Shown: positions 1 to 9,707, numbered from the stretch's first letter. The stretch is 64,000 nt of DNA from an uncultured bacterium (GCA_905215015.1 CAJMOS010000004.1:1050-65049), one strand, 5' to 3'. Translations and numbers: made by a program. Notes: generated by a model not told the origin, from the sequence alone.

Positions 1-47
1 CCAAAGAATATGGCTTCGATCCAAAGTCTGTCGTGAGGGAGTTCTGA
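1..47 (+). CDS. 3' end of an unidentified upstream CDS (partial)
   Basis: An open frame runs into the window (...KEYGFDPKSVVREF). Its stop TGA at 45-47 overlaps the next ATG as ATGA. It is too short to assign a product. Confidence 0.3.
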   Translation, partial: KEYGFDPKSVVREF

Positions 48-388
48 TGCTGAACAAGGAAGTGGAAGAGAAGATCAGGCAGTTTGTCCACGAGCGGGAT
101 TGGGAGCAGTTCCATACCCCGAAGGATCTGGCCATTTCGATCAGCCTGGAAGCCGCCGAGCTGCTGGAGAAATTCCAGTGGTCCGGCTCCGACCTGGTGG
201 TGGAGAAGAAGCGGGGAGAGATGGCGGATGAGCTCGCCGACGTGATGCTGTACTGCCTGATGATGGCGCATACGCTTGGGCTCGACGCAAAGGAAATCAT
301 CCTCGCCAAATTGCGGCAGAACGAGCGGAAATACGATATCGCCCACGCCAAAGGCAACGCGAAGAAGTACACGGAGTTTCAAAGATGA
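47..388 (+). CDS. MazG-like all-alpha nucleoside triphosphate pyrophosphohydrolase
   Basis: 113-aa ORF. The acidic helix motifs SLEAAELLE and EMADELADVMLY are typical of small MazG/dCTPase-type NTP-PPases. It is translationally coupled to the next gene by an ATGA overlap. Confidence 0.75.
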   Translation: MLNKEVEEKIRQFVHERDWEQFHTPKDLAISISLEAAELLEKFQWSGSDLVVEKKRGEMADELADVMLYCLMMAHTLGLDAKEIILAKLRQNERKYDIAHAKGNAKKYTEFQR

Positions 389-1161
389 AGGGAATCCTCT
401 TTTGCGACATCGACGGCACCCTGATTCCCTACGGGGAGAAGGAGATGAGGCCCAGCCTGCTCTCCACCCTGCAGGAGGCGATCCGGAAGGACTGGATGCT
501 CTGCATCACCACCGGGCGGGTATACGAGTCGGTCAGACAGACCCTTCCCATGCTGGAGGAGAGCGCCTATTTCAGTTGTTCCAGCGGTGCCTGCCTCTAC
601 TACCAGGGACGCGAAGCGATGCCGAGCCAGTTTCTCGACAGGAAGACGCTAGACGAGCTTGTCCAGACCGCCAACGAATTCCATTGCACGGTCATTTTCT
701 CCGTTCCCGAGGGAATGTATTCGATTGGTCTGCTCTATCCTTATACTGACAATTTGTTCAGGAAACAACATACAATTCCGAAACCGGTAGGAAATCTGCA
801 TCAATTTCCATCCGACCGCGTCTGTGTCTGCACGTTCCAGTTTCCGCAGGATCGGGAAATCCCGATGGATGAGCTGCGTGGCCGCTGGAAGGGAAGGCTG
901 TTCTGGGGGCAGGGAGGCCCCTGCCTGGTGGATGCCGGACGCTCGGACAAGGGTATGGCGGTAGGGCGGGTGCTGGACTATTTCCACATCCCCCGCGAGC
1001 ATTCCTATGCCTTCGGCGACTATGACAACGACATTCCGATGTTGCGCGCCGTGGGGCACGGGTACTTGATGTCGGATACCGGGAGAAAGGAGCTTCTCGA
1101 TGTCTTTCCCCGCCATTGCGACGACATCGAGGCGGCCATCCGCGAGATTATTTCCCGATAG
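385..1161 (+). CDS. HAD-superfamily (Cof-type, IIB) phosphatase
   Basis: It has N-terminal motif I DxDGT (FCDIDGTL), the cap-domain length of the Cof subfamily, and motif IV GDYDNDIPM. Confidence 0.75.
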   Translation: MKGILFCDIDGTLIPYGEKEMRPSLLSTLQEAIRKDWMLCITTGRVYESVRQTLPMLEESAYFSCSSGACLYYQGREAMPSQFLDRKTLDELVQTANEFHCTVIFSVPEGMYSIGLLYPYTDNLFRKQHTIPKPVGNLHQFPSDRVCVCTFQFPQDREIPMDELRGRWKGRLFWGQGGPCLVDAGRSDKGMAVGRVLDYFHIPREHSYAFGDYDNDIPMLRAVGHGYLMSDTGRKELLDVFPRHCDDIEAAIREIISR

Positions 1162-1202
1162 ATTCCGCCTTGTATGCTATCATTACCGTGGAGAGCAGGG
1201 AT

Positions 1203-1952
1203 ATGAACGAGCGTCAGAAAGCAATCGTCGATTTGGTGAACCAGGAAGGGAAGGTGTCTTTCCAGGAATTGAAGGAACGTTTCGCTTCGGTGTCCGAGAT
1301 GACCATCCGGCGGGATCTGGAGTCGCTCGACCAGATGCGGCTTCTGATCCGTATCCACGGGGGAGCCAAATCCTTCGAGACGGTGATGGCGCAGGATGAT
1401 TTGTTCCAGCGGCGCATGGTGACCAACACCCAGGCTAAGGAGACCATCGCCCGCAAGGCGCTGCCCTTGGTCAAGAGCGGCATGACCATATACCTGGACT
1501 CGGGGAGCACGGTGACCTCGCTTGCCCGCGTCCTGCCTGACGAACCCTATCTGATCTTCACCGCCAGCCTCAGCGTCGCAATCGAGCTGACACGGTTGAA
1601 GAAGAGCGAGACCAACGTTCTTGGTGGAAGGCTGAACAGCCAGAGCTTCTGCATGAATGGAACCCGTAGCCTCGAGTGGCTGAAAGACGTGAACCTCGAC
1701 CTTGCCATCTTCGGAACTACCGGCTACAGCCTGGAGAACGGGTTCACCTGCGGTGACGGCAATGAGTATGAGCTGAAACGGACGCTCGCGTCCCGCTCCA
1801 CGAAGAACGTGGTGCTGATGGACGCGAGCAAGGTGGGGACGGTCAGTCCGTTCACCTTCGCGACTCTCGAGGATATCGACGTGGTGGTGGCGGACAGCCT
1901 CCCGCAGGCGGTGGCGCAGCGCTTTTTGGAGCACGACATCACCGTCCTGTAA
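1203..1952 (+). CDS. DeoR-family transcriptional regulator
   Basis: I moved the start to ATG 1203 (MNERQKAIVDLV...). It has an N-terminal wHTH (VSFQELKERFASVSEMTIRRDLESL) and the DeoR C-terminal sugar-phosphate sensor signature (IYLDSGST). It is a paralogue of the regulator at 7987-8739. Confidence 0.85.
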   Translation: MNERQKAIVDLVNQEGKVSFQELKERFASVSEMTIRRDLESLDQMRLLIRIHGGAKSFETVMAQDDLFQRRMVTNTQAKETIARKALPLVKSGMTIYLDSGSTVTSLARVLPDEPYLIFTASLSVAIELTRLKKSETNVLGGRLNSQSFCMNGTRSLEWLKDVNLDLAIFGTTGYSLENGFTCGDGNEYELKRTLASRSTKNVVLMDASKVGTVSPFTFATLEDIDVVVADSLPQAVAQRFLEHDITVL

Positions 1953-1956
1953 TCTG

Positions 1957-3018
1957 TTATTTCGCTACGTACATCGCCTTGCAGATGGAAATCTCCTTCC
2001 GGTAGATTTTCCCGCAAAGCTCAGGAAGACCCTCCAGGTCGGTCGTGTGGGTGACCAGATCCTTGAAGTGGATGTTTCCCTCTCCGAGCATCTTGACCGT
2101 GTAGTTCCACTCGTTGATCGGCTGGCTGCTGTACATCGAGTTCCATACCCCATGGATCGTCAGCTCCTTGCGCAGGATGCTGGAGTGCTGCTTCATGCCC
2201 AGCTTCGCGTCCGTGGACGGGTTGCCCACCAGCGTGACCGTGCCGAAGGAGCGGACGCAGTCGATGCACTGGTCAAGCACGGGGCCGGCTCCGGTGCCTT
2301 CGATGACGATGTCGGCGAGCCTGCCGTCGAAGGCGGCCTTGACTGCCTCGACAGGGGATTCCTTCATGCTGTTGACCGCATGTTCTCCGTGGGCGATGGC
2401 GAAGGCCACCTTCTCGTCCTGGACATCGAAGAGCAATACGCTTCCGGCTCCGAAGAGATGTGCCCACCGTGCCATCATGAGGCCGATTGGTCCGGCGCCG
2501 AAGATCACGACGTTGGCTCCGGCGTACATCCTGCTGCTCCTCACGGCATGCTGGGCGACGCAGGCCGGTTCGGTCATGGCCAGCTGGACCATGTCCGGGT
2601 GATCTCCCTTGGCCTCGACGAAGTTCCAGGCGCTGGGGACCAGCACGTATTCGGCGAAACCGCCATCACGGCGGCTGCCCATGTAATCGTAGTCGACGCA
2701 CTCGGCATAGTGTCCGGTCAGGTCGTTCTCGCAGTGCCCGCAGGGAATGAGCGGGAAGAAGGCACCCTGCTTCCCCACCAAGGCGGGGTCCGCGTCAGGG
2801 CCTGTCTTGACGATGGTGCCGCTGAACTCATGGCCGATGGTCAGGGGGTATTTCTGCTTGCTGGTCCCCAACAGGAAAATACGGGGAATGTCGCTGCCGC
2901 AGATGCCGCACGCGGCGATCTTTACCAAGAGTTCCTTCCCTTTCGGCTGGGGGATCTCGATAGTATCTACACGGAAGTCTCCAATCGCGTGTAGCCGTGC
3001 TGCCATCATGGTGTTCAT
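1957..3018 (-). CDS. Zn-dependent polyol/alcohol dehydrogenase (MDR family, sorbitol or galactitol-1-P dehydrogenase-like)
   Basis: It has a Zn ligand block CGICGSD...GHEFSG, structural-Zn cysteines (CGHCENDLTGHYAEC) and a Rossmann motif GAGPIG. It overlaps the upstream epimerase gene by 4 nt, so they form an operon. Confidence 0.85.
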   Translation of the reverse strand: MNTMMAARLHAIGDFRVDTIEIPQPKGKELLVKIAACGICGSDIPRIFLLGTSKQKYPLTIGHEFSGTIVKTGPDADPALVGKQGAFFPLIPCGHCENDLTGHYAECVDYDYMGSRRDGGFAEYVLVPSAWNFVEAKGDHPDMVQLAMTEPACVAQHAVRSSRMYAGANVVIFGAGPIGLMMARWAHLFGAGSVLLFDVQDEKVAFAIAHGEHAVNSMKESPVEAVKAAFDGRLADIVIEGTGAGPVLDQCIDCVRSFGTVTLVGNPSTDAKLGMKQHSSILRKELTIHGVWNSMYSSQPINEWNYTVKMLGEGNIHFKDLVTHTTDLEGLPELCGKIYRKEISICKAMYVAK

Positions 3019-3680
3019 TGCAATAACTCCTTTATGCGGGCGATGTTCTCTGCAAGGGTCGCTCCGCTATGGAAGACGCTCGAGGTGCCGCCGACGAAGA
3101 TGTTCGCCCCGGCATCCCGCATCTTCGGGATGTTTTCGAAACTGACGTTTCCGTTAACCTCGATTTCGCAGTCTTTCCGACCATTGGTGTCCAGATAGGT
3201 TCTCAGGTCGGTGATTTTCCTCAGGGTGGAGGGTACCAGCTTCTGGCCGGCGAATCCCGGGTTGACGGTCATGACGAGCACTCCGTCAATGACGTCAAGC
3301 AGATAGTCCAGGACGTTGAACGGGGTTGCCGGATTGAGGGCGACAAAGGCCTTGGCGCCATAGCCCTTGATCTGGGTGAGCAGCCGTTGCATGTGGTTGG
3401 TGCTCTCCCAGTGGACGCTGACGATCTCTCCTTGCTGGGGGGCGAACCAATCCAGTTTTTCTTCCGGTCTTTCGACCATCAGATGCAGGTCGAGCGGAAT
3501 CGCGCACGCCTTCCGGATTTTCCTGCAGAAATCGGTTCCCAACGCGAAGTTCGGAACGAATTGTCCGTCCATGACATCCATATGCAAGAAGGAAATTCCC
3601 TGTTGCGCGAACGTGCTCAGGGTCTTTTCGAGACTCAGGTAATCGACGCACATCATCGACGGGGATAACTTTCTGTCCAT
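3015..3680 (-). CDS. Ribulose-phosphate 3-epimerase family protein (possibly a ketohexose-6-P 3-epimerase)
   Basis: Motifs are HMDVMDGQFVPN, HLMV and VMTVNPGFAGQ. The start is set at ATG 3680, which is preceded by AAGGAG 9 nt upstream. The longer ORF start at 3713 lacks an SD. Confidence 0.8.
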   Translation of the reverse strand: MDRKLSPSMMCVDYLSLEKTLSTFAQQGISFLHMDVMDGQFVPNFALGTDFCRKIRKACAIPLDLHLMVERPEEKLDWFAPQQGEIVSVHWESTNHMQRLLTQIKGYGAKAFVALNPATPFNVLDYLLDVIDGVLVMTVNPGFAGQKLVPSTLRKITDLRTYLDTNGRKDCEIEVNGNVSFENIPKMRDAGANIFVGGTSSVFHSGATLAENIARIKELLQ

Positions 3681-3752
3681 AACTGATAGCTCCTTATGGA
3701 GTAGCGTACGCAAAAAGGAAGGAAAGTCAAGGGGAAAACGAGCAAAACAAAC

Positions 3753-3768
3753 ATTTAAACGGTTAAAT
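3753..3768. promoter_or_regulatory. Inverted repeat ATTTAA-N4-TTAAAT upstream of the epimerase-dehydrogenase operon (candidate operator)
   Basis: Read directly as atttaaacggttaaat. It lies in the AT-rich 3681-3861 spacer, about 75-90 nt upstream of ATG 3680 on the minus strand. Confidence 0.25.
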
Positions 3769-3818
3769 CAAACAGAATATTAAAAAATTATATTGAAAAT
3801 GTGTGCGTTATACACAAA

Positions 3819-3846
3819 CTCCAGTCCCGCATGCACGAGACTGGAG
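3819..3846 (-). terminator. Rho-independent terminator after the ABC permease operon
   Basis: An 8-bp stem, CTCCAGTC (3819-3826) with GACTGGAG (3839-3846), is followed on the minus-strand RNA by UUUGUGU. It sits 16 nt downstream of the stop of the CDS at 3862-4725. Confidence 0.45.
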
Positions 3847-3861
3847 GGAAAAACATCACCA

Positions 3862-4725
3862 TCAGCCCTTTATGCCGGAGGACATGAATGCGTCGATGAT
3901 GTTCCGTTGCATGAACAAGTAGATGAGGATGATCGGCAGCGAGGCGAGCGTGCTGGTCGCCATGAAGGGGCCCCAGTTGTTGCCCATCTCGAAATCCAGG
4001 AACTGCTGCAGGCCGATCGTCAATGTCTGCTTCTTCGAACTTGTCAGGACAAGCAGAGGCCAGAAGTACTGGTTCCACCCGTCAATGCAGCAGAGGATGA
4101 ACATCGAGGAAATGGAGCTCTTGCAGAGGGGGACGACCACCCGGTGGAAAATCCAGAGGGAGGAAGCGCCCTCCACCCGTGCCGCTTCGTAGTAGGTCGT
4201 CGGCACTCCACGGAAGTGTTGGTAGACGAAGAAGAAGGCGGATGCGGAGGCCAACGGGGGGACTACGACGGCTGTCAGCGTGTTCAGCAGATGGAACTTG
4301 CTGACCAGGATGTAGTTTGGAATCATCGTGACCTGAAAGGGTATGACCATCGTCGTCATCAGCGTCAGAAATACCGCCTTGTTCCATTTTGTCTTGAAAT
4401 AGACGAGGCCGAAAGCCGCGAGCACGCCAATCAGAATCTGGCCGAATCCAATGAGGATGGTGGAGATCGCCGAGTTTTTCAGCCAGTCGAAGAAGTCGTA
4501 CTTCTCGAAGACGATGCGGAAGTTGTCCAGCGTGGGGTGGTTGGGAACGAAGCTGATCCGGTTGCTGAACAGTTCTGCCGGCAACTTGAAAGCGGAACCC
4601 ACCATCCAGAACAGGGGGAAGATGTTGCAGAAGACAAGCAGGAACAGGAATACGATCAACAAGACATATCCGGGGGTGATCCGCTTTTTCTCCCGATAGG
4701 AAGCAGGATTTCCGTTAGTTCTCAT
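3862..4725 (-). CDS. Carbohydrate ABC transporter permease (MalG/UgpE-like)
   Basis: It has six predicted hydrophobic segments and the EAA loop YEAARVEGAS. It overlaps the upstream permease gene. Confidence 0.85.
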   Translation of the reverse strand: MRTNGNPASYREKKRITPGYVLLIVFLFLLVFCNIFPLFWMVGSAFKLPAELFSNRISFVPNHPTLDNFRIVFEKYDFFDWLKNSAISTILIGFGQILIGVLAAFGLVYFKTKWNKAVFLTLMTTMVIPFQVTMIPNYILVSKFHLLNTLTAVVVPPLASASAFFFVYQHFRGVPTTYYEAARVEGASSLWIFHRVVVPLCKSSISSMFILCCIDGWNQYFWPLLVLTSSKKQTLTIGLQQFLDFEMGNNWGPFMATSTLASLPIILIYLFMQRNIIDAFMSSGIKG

Positions 4726-5647
4726 AATAGCCGAATCCTCCAGAGGTTTTCATCATGGCGATGGTGATGGCGAGGAACAGCGCCGAAGTGAAGATGGCGG
4801 CTGCCGAGGCGAGCCCGATATTGAAGAAGTTGAAGCCGAAGACATAGATCATGTGGGCGAGGTTGGTCGTCGCCTCGTCGGGTCCGCCCTGGGTCAGGAT
4901 GTTGATGGGGATGAACGCCTTGTCGGTGGAGTAGTTGACCGCAGTGATCAGGTTGTAGATGGTCGTCGGGGCGAGCAACGGCCATTTGATTTTCCAGAAG
5001 ATGGTCCATTGGGATGCTCCATCGAGCGTCGCAGCCTCGATGTAGTCCTTGTTGATCATCATCAATCCCGCGGCGTAGAGGATCATGTTCGAGCCAAGGA
5101 TCTTCCAGCCGGTGACCATGACAATGGAAGGAAGGGCGGTACGCAGGTCGGTCAGCCAGCTGTAGGGTCCCAGCCCGACGACCTTCAGGATGTTGTTGAA
5201 CAGTCCGAAGTTCGGGTTGTACATCCACATCCAGACCAAACAGACGATGGAGAAGGCCAGGATGGTGGGGATGAAGAGCAACGCCCGGAAGAAGGACTGC
5301 AGGCGGGAGTGGACCACGTAGCTGAGCAGCAATGCGAAAAGCAACGGCAGGATCACGAAAAAGGGGAACAGTTCCACGATATAGACGAAGGTATGGACGA
5401 ACGCCTTCTGGAAGTTCTGGTGGGTGAAAAGCCTTGCGTAATTGGTTAGTCCGATGAACTTCCTGGCCGAGACGAAGTTCCATTTCTCGAAGCTGAGGAA
5501 GAAACTGTAGACGATCGGCCACCATTTGAACAGCACGAAGAGGACCAGGGCGGGAAGCACGAACAGGAAAAAGCTCAGGAGCGTGACCCGTGCATGTTTC
5601 CTTGCGATGGGACTTGGCCTTGTTGCCGCCTTGTCTTTTGCACTCAT
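4715..5647 (-). CDS. Carbohydrate ABC transporter permease (MalF/UgpA-like)
   Basis: Polytopic membrane protein with the EAA loop IEAATLDGAS. It shows 4-nt start/stop coupling with the upstream gene. Confidence 0.85.
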   Translation of the reverse strand: MSAKDKAATRPSPIARKHARVTLLSFFLFVLPALVLFVLFKWWPIVYSFFLSFEKWNFVSARKFIGLTNYARLFTHQNFQKAFVHTFVYIVELFPFFVILPLLFALLLSYVVHSRLQSFFRALLFIPTILAFSIVCLVWMWMYNPNFGLFNNILKVVGLGPYSWLTDLRTALPSIVMVTGWKILGSNMILYAAGLMMINKDYIEAATLDGASQWTIFWKIKWPLLAPTTIYNLITAVNYSTDKAFIPINILTQGGPDEATTNLAHMIYVFGFNFFNIGLASAAAIFTSALFLAITIAMMKTSGGFGYYEN

Positions 5648-6483
5648 CTGTCACCTCCTTCGCCGAACAAGGCTCCGATGGCATCCATCCGTTCCCACGG
5701 ATTGTCGTAACCGCAGATTTCCAGGACGAACTGGCCTTGGAAACCACGGCTCCTGATCAGGTCGTGCCACTTGGGCCAGTCGATGATTCCGTCGTCAGGC
5801 AGTTTGTGCCCGTCGCATGTGCCGTCGTTGTTGTGGATATGGAATGTGACCAGCCGGTCGGCAGGTATCGCCAGAATCTCGCTTTCCATGTCGTTGCTGG
5901 TGATGGTGACATGTCCGATATCCAGGCAGAAGAAAAGGCTCTTGATGTCCCCGAACCAGGTGTACTGGTTTGCCATCGTGCAGAAAAGCTCGTCTTGGAG
6001 CTTCGGAGAACTGCTGGGTATGTTCTCGAGCGCGAGCTTGACGCCACGCTCCAGCGCGTACTCGCTGAGTTCCGAGAGCATGCCATGGAGATAGGGAATG
6101 TCCTTCGTGTACATGTTGTATTCAGCGCGGTTGCATGCATGGATGACCGCGATGGGGATGGAGAACCGCTGGCAGAAATCGATGGTCTGCTTCCAGACGG
6201 CAAGACGGTATGCTCTGCCGTCCTTGGCGTCCGCATAGGGACGGAACCTGCGGAATGGGGTGTGCAGGGCATGGACGTGCATCCGGTAGGCTTCCAAAAG
6301 ACTTCGGATTTTCCGCTCATCGGGATTGATGCGGGGATCCACATGGGCCAGTTTGTCCGCCCAGAGTTCGACCGAGTGGAATCCGTGCGCGCAAATGCTC
6401 TGCAGGGCTGACTCCAGATCCCAATCCTCGAAGAGGAAAGTGGAAATGGCATATTCTTCTTTACGGGAATAAAAGGTTCGCAT
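5644..6483 (-). CDS. Sugar phosphate isomerase/epimerase (xylose-isomerase-like TIM barrel)
   Basis: 279 aa with the typical AP-endonuclease-2/TIM-barrel blocks (VELW, ALENIP, LDIGH, HIHNNDG). It is embedded in the ABC operon. Confidence 0.7.
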   Translation of the reverse strand: MRTFYSRKEEYAISTFLFEDWDLESALQSICAHGFHSVELWADKLAHVDPRINPDERKIRSLLEAYRMHVHALHTPFRRFRPYADAKDGRAYRLAVWKQTIDFCQRFSIPIAVIHACNRAEYNMYTKDIPYLHGMLSELSEYALERGVKLALENIPSSSPKLQDELFCTMANQYTWFGDIKSLFFCLDIGHVTITSNDMESEILAIPADRLVTFHIHNNDGTCDGHKLPDDGIIDWPKWHDLIRSRGFQGQFVLEICGYDNPWERMDAIGALFGEGGDR

Positions 6484-6553
6484 GATTGCTGTGATCCTGG
6501 GAAAAGGGAGGAAGAGAGCCAGGGTCCTTTGAACCCCGGCTCTCTCCGGATGG

Positions 6554-7807
6554 TCAGAGCAGCTTGTTGCAGTCTGCTTCCAGTTTCTTCAAGGTCTCCA
6601 AGACAGGAGCACCCTGGAGCACGATGCGGCCACGGGCGTCAAGATAGAGTCTCTCGATCTCCATGCTCTCGGATCCGCCCGGCCAGTTCGGCCACATGAT
6701 GGCCAGCGGTTCCTGCTCGTAGGCGGGAATCTGGTACTCGGACTTCGGCACGTCGTCCTTGGTGACGCAGAGGTAACCGGTCTTGGTGAAGATCGTCATG
6801 CCTTCCTTGGAGGCGATGAAATCCATGAACTTCCAGACGGCGTCTTTCTTCGCCTTGTCTTTGGAGAAGGAGATGATGGCGCTTCCGCCTGCCGCCAGCT
6901 TGTTGGTCTTGCCGGCGAAAGACGGCAGCTTCGCGGTCTTCAGGTCAAACGTTGCCTGGGACTTGTATCCGTTGATCTTCATAATCGTGGTCGGCCGCAT
7001 GGCAAGGTTGCCGGCGGCGAAATTGCTTTCTGATTCGGCGTCGGTCTCAATCGGCGCGATGCCCTCCTTGACGAGGTTCTGCCACATCGTCAGCGCGTCG
7101 ATGGCACCCTGGTTGGTCAGGTCGACTTTCTTGCCGTCCGGAGTCTTGATGGTGCCTCCAGCGGAGTAAATCAGCGAGCAGTCGGCCCAAGTGTCCGGCA
7201 ACTGGATGGCGATGCCGTACTTTCCGGTCTTTTCCTTGATGATCCTTCCGACGCGGAACACGTCATCCCAGCTCTGAGGGATGTCCGCTTCGGTCAATCC
7301 CGCCGCCCGGAAGATGTCCATGTTCACATAATTGATCATGTTGGAGAGTGCGAACGGAAGGCCGATTTGCTTGCCATCGATGTTGGTGATGTTGTAGACG
7401 GGTTCATCGAAACGGCTCTTCATCTCCTGCAACGCCTCGGGACTTGGTGCCAGATCCTTCAGCTGGGTCGGCTCAAGCTCGTTGGCGACATAGTTCAGCA
7501 TGTTGTATCCACCGACGAACATGTCCGGCGGATTGTTGCCTGCGGCGAGGTCCGCGACCATGGCCTGCAGAAGCTGGATGTACTCGCCTGGCTTTGCGAC
7601 GATGGTGATCTGGATGTCAGGGTTTTTTGCCTCGAACGCTTCGACTACCTGCTTGAGATAGTCGGCGTTGGCTCCGGACCAGCGGTGCCACAGGGTAAGC
7701 TGTACGGGTCCGCTCTGTGGCGGTGCTTTCTCCGAAGAACCGTTTGCAAAAGCCAAAGACGGCATCAACATCATGGCGCTTGCAAGTGCGATAGCTAGTT
7801 TTTTCAT
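6554..7807 (-). CDS. Extracellular solute-binding protein, family 1 (sugar ABC)
   Basis: It has a signal peptide MKKLAIALASAMMLMPSLAFA and the length and composition of family-1 sugar binding proteins. It is the first gene of the permease operon. Confidence 0.85.
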   Translation of the reverse strand: MKKLAIALASAMMLMPSLAFANGSSEKAPPQSGPVQLTLWHRWSGANADYLKQVVEAFEAKNPDIQITIVAKPGEYIQLLQAMVADLAAGNNPPDMFVGGYNMLNYVANELEPTQLKDLAPSPEALQEMKSRFDEPVYNITNIDGKQIGLPFALSNMINYVNMDIFRAAGLTEADIPQSWDDVFRVGRIIKEKTGKYGIAIQLPDTWADCSLIYSAGGTIKTPDGKKVDLTNQGAIDALTMWQNLVKEGIAPIETDAESESNFAAGNLAMRPTTIMKINGYKSQATFDLKTAKLPSFAGKTNKLAAGGSAIISFSKDKAKKDAVWKFMDFIASKEGMTIFTKTGYLCVTKDDVPKSEYQIPAYEQEPLAIMWPNWPGGSESMEIERLYLDARGRIVLQGAPVLETLKKLEADCNKLL

Positions 7808-7986
7808 GCAGTCCTCCTTATTGTGCGCACGAAAAGTTCTTTTTATTCAACATATATCACGTGGCTTGTTTGTCAAGAAAAACAAAAAAGCTCAAAAACA
7901 GTCAAATTATTTAGTTGATTTGAAAAAATATTGCATTGAAACAAAAGCAATGGCTCTGAGAGCGAAATAATGCTACAGTGGGGACT

Positions 7987-8739
7987 ATGAAAGAACGGAG
8001 AAACCAAATCGTCGAACTGGTGAACGAGCAGGGGGCGGTGAGCTTCGCCCTCCTGAAGAGCCGCTTTCCCAATGTTTCGGAAATGACGCTTCGCAGCGAC
8101 CTGAAGGCACTGGACGAGCAACGGCTGATCGTGCGGGTCCATGGGGGAGCGAAATCCGTAGAACGGGTGATCGGCACCGACGACCTGTTCCATAAGCGGG
8201 CGGTGCGGAACGTGGAGGGCAAGCGGCTGATTGCGGCAAAGGCAACCAAATTGATCGTCCCGAACAGCGCGATCTATCTGGATTCCGGTTCAACCCTTAC
8301 CGAACTTGCCACGGTTTTCCCTGAAGTCCCCTGCGAGCTTTTCACTACCGGACTTCCCGGCGCGATGGCCTTGGCTGCCAGGGAGAAGGTGACCGTCCAT
8401 GTCCTGGGAGGAACGCTGGATGTCCCGAGCTTGAGCCTGGCCGGCTCGACGTGCTGCGAGCTGGTGGACAGACTTCACTTCGACATCGCGTTCATGGGGG
8501 TCACCGGGTTCCTTCCGGAGACAGGCTTTACCTGCGGTTCCAGCGACGAGAGCGCCCTGAAGAGGGCGGTGATCGCCCACTCGGAGCGGGTGGTGCTGCT
8601 GATGGATGGGTCGAAGGTGGGTGTTCCCAATACGTTTTCGTTTGCCAAGGCCAACCAGATCGATACACTGATCAGTGACGGGACGCTGGACGACGAGACG
8701 CTTGCCTATTTCGAACGCATGCGCGTGCACGTCCTGTAA
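7987..8739 (+). CDS. DeoR-family transcriptional regulator (FruR-like position)
   Basis: The start is ATG 7987 (MKERRNQIVELV). It has a wHTH VSFALLKSRFPNVSEMTLRSDLKAL and the sensor block IYLDSGST. It lies divergent from the ABC operon and upstream of the PfkB kinase. Confidence 0.85.
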   Translation: MKERRNQIVELVNEQGAVSFALLKSRFPNVSEMTLRSDLKALDEQRLIVRVHGGAKSVERVIGTDDLFHKRAVRNVEGKRLIAAKATKLIVPNSAIYLDSGSTLTELATVFPEVPCELFTTGLPGAMALAAREKVTVHVLGGTLDVPSLSLAGSTCCELVDRLHFDIAFMGVTGFLPETGFTCGSSDESALKRAVIAHSERVVLLMDGSKVGVPNTFSFAKANQIDTLISDGTLDDETLAYFERMRVHVL

Positions 8740-8783
8740 CAGGACCGGACATGACCCAATGCCCTACCTTGTAGGAGGAAAAG

Positions 8784-9707
8784 ATGATCGCTACCGTAAC
8801 CTGTAATCCGTCGCTTGATTACCATATGCGCCTTACCGGAGCGCTGAAGATAGGCACGCTGAACCGTGCGGACGAAACGATGATCCGCGTGGGCGGCAAG
8901 GGCATCAATGTCACCCAGGTCCTGACCAATCTGGGCTTGCCCAACATGGCCTACGGGTTTGTCGCGGGGAAGACCGGGCAGATGTTGTGCTCGATGGTCG
9001 AGGAGGCAGGATTGCCCTTCACCCCAATCCGTGTGGGGCGTGGTTCTACCCGCATCAACGTCAAGATCCATGGGTTGCGCGAGACCGAGATCAACGGAGA
9101 CGGCCCCACCATCGGGCAGAGCGAGGTCTCTGCTTTGGTCGAGAAGCTTGCGACCCTGCAGAAGGGTGATACGGTGGTGCTTTCCGGAAGCCTTGCCCCC
9201 GGTCTGAGCCCTACCTGGTATGCGGCGCTCCTCGAGGAGCTGACGGGAAAGGGAATCCGCTTCGTGGTGGACGCGGCCGGCCAGAGCCTGACCAGCACGC
9301 TCTGCTGTCGTCCCTTCCTGATCAAGCCCAATGCGAAAGAACTGGGGGATTTGTTCGACGTGGAGATCAGGACGGTGGAGGACGCAGCCCATTACGGCAA
9401 ACGGCTCGTGGAGATGGGAGCCCGCTACGTTCTGGTAAGCCGGGGTGGAGATGGTGCGGTGCTTGTAGGGCCAAAGGGTGACTATTGGTCCTCTTCGGCC
9501 CCGCAGGGGATGGTGGTGGATACCATTGGCAGTGGCGACTCGATGGTCGCCGGTTTCCTCTATGGCTTCGAGCAGGGAAGTGAACCCGAGGTCGAGGCGC
9601 TCCGCTGGGGCACCGCCTGTGGCAGCGCCAGCGCCTTCTGCGACCATCTGGCCACCAGAAGTGAGGTCGAGACGGTGCTGGGCCGGGTCCGGGTCACTCG
9701 CTGGTAA
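8784..9707 (+). CDS. 1-phosphofructokinase / tagatose-6-P kinase family (PfkB) sugar-phosphate kinase
   Basis: PfkB signatures are GGKGINV near the N-terminus and DTIGSGDSMVAGF near the C-terminus. The start MIATVTCNPSLDY is typical of FruK/LacC. GGAGG lies 6 nt upstream of the ATG. Confidence 0.8.
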   Translation: MIATVTCNPSLDYHMRLTGALKIGTLNRADETMIRVGGKGINVTQVLTNLGLPNMAYGFVAGKTGQMLCSMVEEAGLPFTPIRVGRGSTRINVKIHGLRETEINGDGPTIGQSEVSALVEKLATLQKGDTVVLSGSLAPGLSPTWYAALLEELTGKGIRFVVDAAGQSLTSTLCCRPFLIKPNAKELGDLFDVEIRTVEDAAHYGKRLVEMGARYVLVSRGGDGAVLVGPKGDYWSSSAPQGMVVDTIGSGDSMVAGFLYGFEQGSEPEVEALRWGTACGSASAFCDHLATRSEVETVLGRVRVTRW

